Origin: Eledone cirrhosa
Taxonomy: Eukaryota
Assembly (NCBI GenBank): GCA_964016885.1
Contig: OZ024743.1
Coordinates: forward strand, 99,572,001 to 99,636,000
Reading direction: 5' to 3'
DNA: 64,000 bases
Numbering within the stretch: position 1 is the stretch's first letter; every line of letters begins with the position of its first letter. Below are positions 54,069 through 64,000 of this stretch, piece by piece. Made by a program: the position numbers and the translations under genes. A model generated the notes under the pieces. It was not told the origin of the DNA. It ran no database searches and saw only the letters and a list, made by a program, of their open reading frames with translations.

Positions 54069-54069
<1 letters not shown>

Positions 54070-54111
<42 letters not shown>

Positions 54112-54168
54112 TATATATATATACATATATATATTATATATAAATATATTATATATATATATATATAT
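54070..54168. repeat. Compound (TA)n/(CA)n microsatellite
   Basis: Read directly from the sequence. Confidence 0.95.
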
Positions 54169-54304
54169 AGGAGTAAGTAAGACCCCGATGGCTGAGCTGA
54201 AGCCGTTTCGACGGCTAATTCTAGGACTAAATGAAAATTTTTATCCTGGTAAATCTTTGGTGCATTATGGTCCATCTGGTTCCTTACCACATTTCCTTCG
54301 TTAT

Positions 54305-57106
54305 ATCATCATCATCATCATCATCATTTTACGTCCGCTTTTCCCTGCTCGCAAAGGTGGGACGGGTCTTATTCAGCACAGCATCTCTCCACTCGTCACG
54401 GTCCCTCGTCATCTCCACCGTGAGCTTCAATGATCTGAGGTCTGTTCTCACCACCTCCGCCCATGTTTTTCATGGTCTACCTCTACCACGTTTTCCTTCA
54501 ACTGGCAATTCCTGGCACTTCTTCACCCATCAGTCATCCTCCATGCGCATCACATATCCATACCACCTCAGTCTCCTCTCTCGTACACTACATTCTATCC
54601 CTCTCAGACACAGTTTCTCTCTCAACACATTTATGCTGGGTCGTTCACGCACATTTACACGGCACATCCAACGGAGCATGCTTGCCTCATTTCTCTCCAG
54701 CCGTCGCATATCCTCTGCAGTTGCTGCCCATGTCTCACTACCATGCAGCATCGCGCTCCTCACACAGGCATCATACAACTGGCCTTTCGTACGCAGGGAG
54801 AAACCCTTCTTCGTCAACAGAGGAAGCAGCTCCCTAAACTTCTTCCAACCCATCCTTATTCTAGATACTATGGCCTCGGAACACCCTCCTCCCATGCTAA
54901 TCTGATCTCCTAGGTACCGGAAGCTATCCACCACTTCTATAGCGCCCTCTTGCATTTGAAAAATGTGTCTATCAGTGCGACTTCTACTGTCTAATTTCCC
55001 TGTACATCTACTGCATACATATTTCTCCCTACCTGTTAGTTTGCCTGCTATCCCGCTACATCTCTTGTGTACCCAGGATCAGCATTGTGTGCATTTAATA
55101 GAATTTATGCCAGTTCCTTTTCTGCATATCGAACATGGCCATTTCCCTGGCCGAATCAGGGTTTTATCCTCTTTTCTACTCATCAACACTTTTGTCTTAG
55201 CTAGATTCACTCTCAGTCCTCTTGCTTCCAACTGCTGTTTCCATAGCCAGAATTTATTCTCTAGTTCCTCTACTGATTCTGCTATAAGAACCAGATCATC
55301 AGCATAGAGAAGTTCCCATGCACAGCCAGTCTTAAACTCCTCTGTTATGGCTTGGAGGACTATAATGAACAAGAGCGGGATGAGGACCGAACCCTGATGT
55401 ACTCCTACTTGTATCTGGAATTCCTCACTAAACTCCATTCCTACCCTGACTTTACTGAGAGTACCTCTGTACAAAGTTTACACTGTCCTCACAAGCCGTT
55501 CCTCAACACCTAGCTTCCTTAGGGACCACCAGATGACAGATCGGGGTACCTTATCAAAGGCCTTCTCTAGGTCAACAAAGGCTAAGTATAGTGGCTTATT
55601 CTTCTCTAAGAACCTCTCTTACAATTGTCTCACCAAGAAGAGGGCATCTGTTGTACTCTTCCCAGGCACAAAACCAAACTGCATCTCATCTAGTTTGACC
55701 CTTTCTCTAATTAGTTGTGCTAAAATCCTTTCTGCCACTTTCATAACCTGATCTATCAGTTTTATACCCCTATAATTGCTCCTCTCCAAAGTATCACCTT
55801 TACCTTTGTAGCAATTTATGAGAATACTGCTGCACCAGTCTTTGGGTATGACACCACCATATATAGCCTGATTGATGATGCGTGCAACCAGTTTAGAGCC
55901 TACCTCCCCTGATGCCTTCAGCATCTCAGCAACTATTCCCGATGGTCCGGCAGCCTTACCATTTTTCATTTCCCTAATCGCCTCTTGGACCCTATATTCG
56001 TCAATCTCAATAGCTGGTCCCTCTGTCGGATCTACCAAGGGTAATTTCTCTCTCTCCCATTCATTCTCCACATTCATCAGTCTCTCATAATGACATTTCC
56101 AGGCCTCCTTTTTCTGGTCATTCATGACACTAAGTACACCGGCATCATCCCGGATACATTTATCTCCAACAACATCCTGATTTGCATTGACACACTGACT
56201 TGCAATGTGGAACATCTCTGATCTTCCCGTCGCAGAACATTGGCAAACCTCCTACTCTCTGCCTCCCTGCGTGCTAAGTACACCTGACGTCTAGCTTCTC
56301 TCTTAGTGGCTGTATATTCTTCCCTACTCCCACCCTTTTTCCAAGCCTTCCATGCTAGTCTTTTGTCTCTAATAGCCTTATCTACTGTGCTGTTCCACCA
56401 CCAGGTCACTCTCTGTCTGGTTGGAGCTCTGCTCCAACCACAGGTTTCATCAGTAGCCTGCAGAAAGTTGTCACGTAAGAAATTCCAGTTATTATCTATG
56501 TCATACGTCTCTAAATCGTCTTCTTTTTCGTCATATACATCTTGAAGGGCTTTCCTAAATTTGTATTTTAGTGAAAGGTCTTTTAGCTTCCAGACCTTTC
56601 TTCTCCACACCTTCCTATATGTCTCATTCCATCTCTTGCTTACTGAGATATCACTAACAACTAATCTAGCTGTGGGGTACATTCTTCCCCAGGGTATGCC
56701 TTGGTATTAGACACTATCTGCCTGTCTCACTGCCTAACTAGCAGGAAGTCAATCTGGCTTATGTGCTCACCAGATTTGTAGGTTATTAGGTGATTGGCCG
56801 GTTTCTGGAAGTTTGTGTTGCAAATAGTCAATGTACCCGCATCACAAAATTCAAGAAGTCTCACTCCTTCTTCATTTCTTGAACCATAACCATGCCCACC
56901 ATGTACCCCAGTGTAACCATCCTGGAGCTGTCCAACATGACCATTGAAGTTTCCTGCTAGCATAACGATGTCTCCGTCCTCTGTCATTGCGGTTGTTTGC
57001 AAAAGTTGCTCATAAAAGCAGTCTTTCTCATCTTTGCCTAGGCCTGCTTGGGGAGCATAGGCCGAGATGATTGTCAGTAGTCTCCTACCTACAACTAATC
57101 TAAGCA
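54305..57106 (-). mobile_element. RTE-clade LINE copy 3 (about 2.8 kb, 5'-truncated within the APE endonuclease; pseudogenised APE-RT ORF)
   Basis: APE motifs SAYAPQ, AGNFNGHVG, RNEEG..LLEFC and QIDFLLV. RT motifs KAAGPSGI, NYRGIKL, QFGFVPGKSTTDA, GVHQGSVL and LLYADDL. Several stops and frameshifts; (CAT)n tail at 54305-54327. Confidence 0.96.
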
Positions 57107-57123
57107 TATATATATATGTATAT

Positions 57124-58505
57124 ATATGAAAAAGTGAGTCCTTCATCAGTGACCCTCCAACCGTCCTCGGCATTTCATCACTTTAAGGGCCATATGCCTC
57201 AGGTTGGTGCGAACAACGGCTAAAAAAAGTCGTTGGGACACGTAAATAAAGGGGGACGCTAGAGTAACAACAAAAAGGTTTAAGCAACGGCAAGTGAGTA
57301 GAAATAGACAAGTCCCAGATCTCTATGAATATAAACTCTGTGAAATCGTGAACAAGAGACGAAAGACCATCAGACCTGGTTGAAATGTGAGCAAGGAAAG
57401 AATTTCGCCCAAGTTTCACGGGGGGGAAAAAAGAGAGAGAGAGAGAGAAAGAAAAAGGAGAGAAGAGGAAGAAGAAGAAGAAGAAGAAGAAGAAGAAGAA
57501 GAAGAAGAAGAAGAAGAAGAAGAAGAAGAAGAAGATAAGGGGGTCTGGTCTACGAATTCGGTAAACGCAAGTTTTGTGAAGTCGCAGACGAAAGAGAGAA
57601 AAAAATTCCATACCAGCTCGGTCAAGACTGCGCGAGAAAAGAATTACACACAGGTCAAACTTGAAGGAGGAGGAGGAAGGAGGAGGAGGAGAGGTAGTGA
57701 CAGAGAATGAGTGAGTGAAAGTTGAGGAGAGAGTAACAGAGAGGGAGACTGCTAGAAGTGGTAAAGATACAAGGAACGAAACAGACGAAGGCAGCATGGA
57801 AAAGTTATATGTGTAAATATGATGATAATAATGGAGCTGCGGCGTTGCAAATGGGATACATATGAAAAAGTGAGTCCTTCATCAGTGACCCTCCAACCGT
57901 CCTCGGCATTTCATCGCTTTAAGGGCCATATGCCTCAGGTTGGTGCGAACAACGGCTAAAAAAAAGTCGTTGGGACACGTAAATAAAGGGGGACGCTAGA
58001 GTAACAACAAAAAGGTTTAAGCAACGGAAAGTGAGTAGAAATAGACAAGTCCCAGATTTACCGAATTCGTAGACCAGACCCCCTTATCTTCTTCTTCTTC
58101 TTCTTCTTCTTCTTCTTCTTCTTCCTCTTCTCTCCTTTTTCTTTCTCTCTCTCTCTCTTTTTTCCCCCCCGTCAAACTTGGGCGAAATTCTTTCCTTTCT
58201 CACATTTCAACCAGGTCTGATGGTCTTTCGTCTCTTGTTCACGATTTCACAGAGTTTATATTCATAGAGATCTGGGACTTGTCTATTTCTACTCACTTTC
58301 CGTTGCTTAAACCCTTTTGTTGTTACTCTAGCGTCCCCCTTTATTTACGTGTCCCAACGACTTTTTTTAGCCGTTGTTCGCACCAACCTGAGGCATATGG
58401 CCCTTAAAGCGATGAAATGCCGAGGACGGTTGGAGGGTCACTGATGAAGGACTCACTTTTTCATATGTATCCCATTTGCAACGCCGCAGCTCCATTATTA
58501 TCATC

Positions 58506-58509
<4 letters not shown>
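57124..58509. mobile_element. 736-bp non-coding unit in partial tandem plus an inverted copy (Penelope-like architecture)
   Basis: 57124-57320 is repeated at 57860-58057. 58057-58509 is the reverse complement of 57565->57124 continuing into 57859->57817. Flanked by TA repeats. The structure is certain; the classification is inferred. Confidence 0.6.
57468..57533 (+). repeat. (GAA)22 microsatellite; inverted counterpart (TTC)12 at 58089-58124
   Basis: Direct count. Confidence 0.95.
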
Positions 58510-58576
<67 letters not shown>

Positions 58577-58644
58577 TATATATATATACATATATATTAT
58601 ATATATATATATACACACACACACATATATATATATACATATAT

Positions 58645-58676
<32 letters not shown>

Positions 58677-58701
58677 TATATATATACACACACACACACA
58701 C

Positions 58702-58755
<54 letters not shown>
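58510..58755. repeat. Long compound (TA)n/(CA)n microsatellite with an internally repeated ~55-bp block
   Basis: Read directly; further (CA)n tracts at about 58883-58980, 59091-59114 and 59625-59695. Confidence 0.95.
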
Positions 58756-58758
<3 letters not shown>

Positions 58759-60035
58759 AATACTATATATCATTTCACACCTTTTATTATTAAGGTTTTT
58801 GATGTTCTATTGAGAGAATCGATTTTACTGAAAATATCGAATAATGTACACCATTTTACCAGGAAAAAAATACTGGTCCACCCACACACACACTCACACA
58901 CACACACACATATATACACACACACATACACACGCGTACATTAACATACAAAGAGACATATACACACACACACACACACTTCTCCGTATAAGACAAGAGC
59001 TGAAAAATATATTTTAACATGTTAAATTACCCCCCACTCACTTACAGACACATTCCTACTGACCATCCCTCTACCACGAGTTACTCTGCTACACACACAC
59101 ACACACACACACACGTGTCTTAATAGGCATTTGAACTGTCAACAGGCTGCGGTTTGCACACACATCCCTGCTAACCATTATCACAACAACGAACACTTTA
59201 TTACTACTACTACACACACACACATATTTGTTGTGAAAGAGTCATTTCTCAGTCAGCCGAGACAAACCTACATTTGGCGCAAAATCAATTTTTTACATTC
59301 ACATGACCTCTACCGACCAATCAAAATTGTTTTGACCACAAGAATTTTTGCAAAACGAATTGGCGCAGAACTTATTTTAATACCGCTGGAGCCACTTTTT
59401 TAACATAAAAACAGGTAGAATCTTCAAAACTAATCAGATCAGAGCAAACATCATGGACGCTCTATCTCAAAATTATTTTTGAAAAGCATTAGAAATGCGC
59501 AACCGGTAAAACATGAAACCAAAACTGAATACTAACCAATACAATTACTAATTCTCACTTATTCCTAATTAAACTATTTTTCACTGTGAACAATTTGTCA
59601 GCATTTTCTATTCCGTTTACCAATATATATATATATATATATACGCACACACACACACATATATATATACATATATATTATATATATATATATATGTGCA
59701 TGTGTGTAATCATCCTATATTCCCTTCTGAGCTACTTATTCCCTTTTACCTCTACTCTCTCTAACATTTACACATCCCATTCACTATCTACATCAATATT
59801 TAAATATCTTAATTTTATTTTCATATCATATTTCATTCTTAATATCATTGTAATAACATTTCTTATCTTTAAGTTCCATATTTAGTATCATTTTTCAACT
59901 TCAATATTATATTAACACCATTATAATAGCATTTCTTATCTGCTACGTCTCATGTTATAAATCAACAGATACTGTTGTTATTAGTTTTTAATAGAAAAGG
60001 AAGATGATTTCCACAAATGCTGAAAATGTAGGAAA

Positions 60036-63000
60036 GTGAACACGTGTCTACTAGAGCACAACCTATTACCAATAGTGAACACAATGTGTCTACTAGAGGA
60101 CAACCTATTACCAATAGTGAACACAAGGTGTCTACTAGAGGACAACCTATTACCAATAGTGAACACAACAAGTCTACTAGAGGACAACCTATTACCAATA
60201 GTGAACACAACCTGTCTACTAGAGGACAACCTATTACAAATCGTGAACACAACCTGTCTACTAGAGGACAACCTATTACCAATAGTGACCACAACCTCTC
60301 TACTAGAGGACAACCTATTACCAATCGTGAACACAACCTGTCTACTAGAGGACAACCTATTACCAATAGTGAACACAACCTGTCTACTAGAGGACAACCT
60401 ATTACCAATAGTGAACACAACCTGTCTACTAGAGGACAACCTATTACCAATAGTGAACACAAGTTGTCTACTAGACGACAACCTATTACCAATAGTGAAC
60501 ACAATGTGTCTACTAGAGGACAACCTATTACCAATAGTGAACACAACCTGTCTACCATAGGGCAACCTATTACCAATAGTGAACACAACGTATCTACTAG
60601 AGGACAACCTATTACCAATAGTGAACACAACGTATCTACTAGAGGGCAACCTATTACCAATAGTGAACACAACCTGTCTACTAGAGGACAACCTGTTACC
60701 AATAGTGAACACAACGTATCTACTAGAGGACAACCTATTACCAATAGTGAACACAACCTGTCTACTAGAGGACAACCTATTACCAATAGTGATCACAAGT
60801 TGTCTACTAGAGGACAACCTATTACCAATAGTGAACACAAGGTGTCTACTAGAGGACAACCTATTACCAATAGTGAACACAACCTGTCTACTAGAGGACA
60901 ACCTGTTACCAATAGTGAACACAACGTATCTACTAGAGGACAACCTATTACCAATAGTGAACACAACCTGTCTACTAGAGGACAACCTATTACCAATAGT
61001 GATCACAACATGTCTACTAGAGGACAACCTATTACCAATCGTGAACACAAGTTGTCTACTAGAGGACAACCTATTACCAATAGTGAACACAACGTGTCTA
61101 CTAGAGGACAACCTATTACCAATAGTGAACACAACGTATCTACTAGAGGACAACCTATTACCAATAGTGATCACAACATGTCTACTAGAGGACAACCTAT
61201 TACCAATAGTGATCGTAATGTGTCTACTAGAGGACAACCTATTACCAATACTGATCACAATGTGTCTACTAGAGGACAACCTATTACCAATAGTGAACAC
61301 AAGTTGTCTACTAGAGGACAACCTATTACTAATAGTGAACACAACGTGTCTACTAGAGGACAACCTATTACCAATAGTGAACACAAGTTGTCTACTAGAG
61401 GACAACCTATTACCAATCGTGAACACAAGTTGTCTACTAGAGAACAACCTATTACCAATAGTGAACACAACGTGTCTACTAGAGGACAACCTATTACCAA
61501 TAGTGATCACAACATGTCTACTAGAGGACAACCTATTACCAATAGTGAACACAAGTTGTCTACTAGAGAACAACCTATTACCAATAGTGATCACAACGTG
61601 TCTACTAGAGGACAACCTATTACCAATAGTGAACACAACGTGTCTACTAGAGGACAACCTATTACCAATAGTGATCACAACGTGTCTACAAGAGGGCAAC
61701 CTATTACCAATAGTGAACACAACGTATCTACTAGAGGACAACCTATTACCAATAGTGAACACAACCTGTCTACTAGAGGACAACCTATTACCAATAGTGA
61801 TCACAACCTGTCTACTAGAGGGACAACCTATTACCAATAGTGAACACAACGTATCTACTAGAGGGCAACCTATTACCAATAGTGAACACAACCTGTCTAT
61901 TAGAGGACAACCTATTACCAATAGTGATCACAACGTGTCTACTAGAGGCCAACCTATTACCAATAGTGAACACAACCTGTCTATTAGAGGACAACCTATT
62001 ACCAATAGTGAACACAATGTGTCTACTAGAGGACAACCTATTACCAATAGTGAACACAACGTATCTACTAGAGGACAACCTATTACCAATAGTGAACACA
62101 ACCTGTCTATTAGAGGACAACCTATTACCAATAGTGATCACAACGTGTCTACTAGAGGACAACCTATTACCAATAGTGAACACAACGTGTCTACTAGAGG
62201 ACAACCTATTACCAATAGTGAACACAACCTGTCTACTAGAGGACAACCTATTACCAATAGTGAACACAACCTGTCTACTAGAGGACAACCTATTACCAAT
62301 AGTGAACACAACCTGTCTACTAGAGGACAACCTATTACCAATAGTGAACACAAGTTGTCTACTAGAGGACAACCTATTACCAATAGTGAACACAACGTGT
62401 CTACTAGAGGACAACCTATTACCAATAGTGAACACAACGTGTCTACTAGAGGACAACCTATTACCAATAGTGAACACAACCTGTCTACTAGAGGACAACC
62501 TATTACCAATAGTGAACACAACCTGTCTACTAGAGGACAACCTATTACCAATAGTGAACACAAGTTGTCTACTAGAGGACAACCTATTACCAATAGTGAA
62601 CACAACCTGTCTACTAGAGGACAACCTATTACCAATAGTGAACACAAATTGTCTACTAGAGGACAACCTATTACCAATAGTGAACACAAGTTGTCTACTA
62701 GAGGACAACCTATTACCAATCGTGAACACAAGTTGTCTACTAGAGAACAACCTATTACCAATAGTGAACACAACATGTCTACTAGAGGACAACCTATTAC
62801 CAATAGTGATCACAACATGTCTACTTGAGGACAACCTATTACCAATAGTGAACACAAGTTGTCTACTAGAGAACAACCTATTACCAATAGTGATCACAAC
62901 GTGTCTACTAGAGGACAATCTATTACCAATAGTGATCACAACGTGTCTACAAGAGGGCAACCTATTACCAATAGTGAACACAACGTATCTACTAGAGGAC

Positions 63001-64000
63001 AACCTATTACCAATAGTGAACACAACCTGTCTACTAGAGGACAACCTATTACCAATAGTGATCACAACCTGTCTACTAGAGGGACAACCTATTACCAATA
63101 GTGAACACAACGTATCTACTAGAGGGCAACCTATTACCAATAGTGAACACAACCTGTCTATTAGAGGACAACCTATTACCAATAGTGATCACAACGTGTC
63201 TACTAGAGGACAACCTATTACCAATAGTGAACACAACCTGTCTATTAGAGGACAACCTATTACCAATAGTGAACACAATGTGTCTACTAGAGGACAACCT
63301 ATTACCAATAGTGAACACAACGTATCTACTAGAGGACAACCTATTACCAATAGTGAACACAACCTGTCTACTAGAGGACAACCTATTACCAATAGTGAAC
63401 ACAACCTGTCTATTAGAGGACAACCTATTACCAATAGTGATCACAACGTGTCTACTAGAGGACAACCTATTACCAATAGTGAACACAACGTGTCTATTAG
63501 AGGACAACCTATTACCAATAGTGATCACAACGTGTCTACTAGAGGACAACCTATTACCAATAGTGAACACAACGTGTCTACTAGAGGACAACCTATTACC
63601 AATAGTGAACACAACCTGTCTACTAGAGGACAACCTATTACCAATAGTGAACACAACCTGTCTACTAGAGGACAACCTATTACCAATAGTGAACACAACC
63701 TGTCTACTAGAGGACAACCTATTACCAATAGTGAACACAAGTTGTCTACTAGAGGACAACCTATTACCAATAGTGAACACAACGTGTCTACTAGAGGACA
63801 ACCTATTACCAATAGTGAACACAACGTGTCTACTAGAGGACAACCTATTACCAATAGTGAACACAACCTGTCTACTAGAGGACAACCTATTACCAATAGT
63901 GAACACAACCTGTCTACTAGAGGACAACCTATTACCAATAGTGAACACAAGTTGTCTACTAGAGGACAACCTATTACCAATAGTGAACACAACCTGTCTA
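60036..64000. repeat. Satellite B: 42-bp tandem array, consensus GTGAACACAACCTGTCTACTAGAGGACAACCTATTACCAATA, about 94 copies; continues beyond the right edge
   Basis: Direct periodicity; produces 14-aa repeat ORFs in several frames. Confidence 0.99.

Noticed and set aside
50623-56545. ORFs antisense to the RTE coding regions
   Set aside because: Shadow frames of LINE ORF2 with no independent motifs.
58405-58460. Type II hammerhead using the upstream GATGAAATG
   Set aside because: Bases before GAAA do not pair with those after CTGATGA, and no stem III/UH is found.
59273-59366. E2F-like TTGGCGC x2 and CCAAT (59317) as a promoter
   Set aside because: No downstream gene or CpG island; more likely chance or a decayed repeat fragment.
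57183-59885. Poly-E/F/S and YI/TH-repeat ORFs
   Set aside because: Translations of GAA, TA and CA microsatellites.
59962-63992. Long 14-aa repeat ORFs annotated as CDS
   Set aside because: A 42-bp unit leaves several frames open on both strands. Frameshifts and a stop are present and there is no unique domain. Kept only as a low-probability finding.

Overview
This is eukaryotic, gene-free, heterochromatin-like DNA, probably animal. From recall, the SINE, MITE and RTE tail sequences resemble octopus/coleoid repeats; this is not verified. Positions 1-49,040 are a 31/32-bp AT-rich satellite with layered higher-order repeats (HORs), including a young 4,091/4,942-bp HOR at about 31-48.4 kb. It is interrupted once, by a tRNA-derived SINE with a 16-bp TSD. 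Positions 49,041-60,035 are a transposon island containing a TTAA-type MITE, a second SINE copy, five 5'-truncated RTE-clade LINE pieces with (GAT)n tails sitting in TA microsatellites, and two non-coding CT-rich units with terminal, tandem or inverted repeats that resemble Penelope-like elements. The three longer RTE copies carry a C4HC3 PHD-type zinc finger inserted inside the reverse transcriptase. Positions 60,036-64,000 are a 42-bp satellite with a 1,261-bp duplication. No host gene, tRNA, rRNA or CRISPR array is supported.
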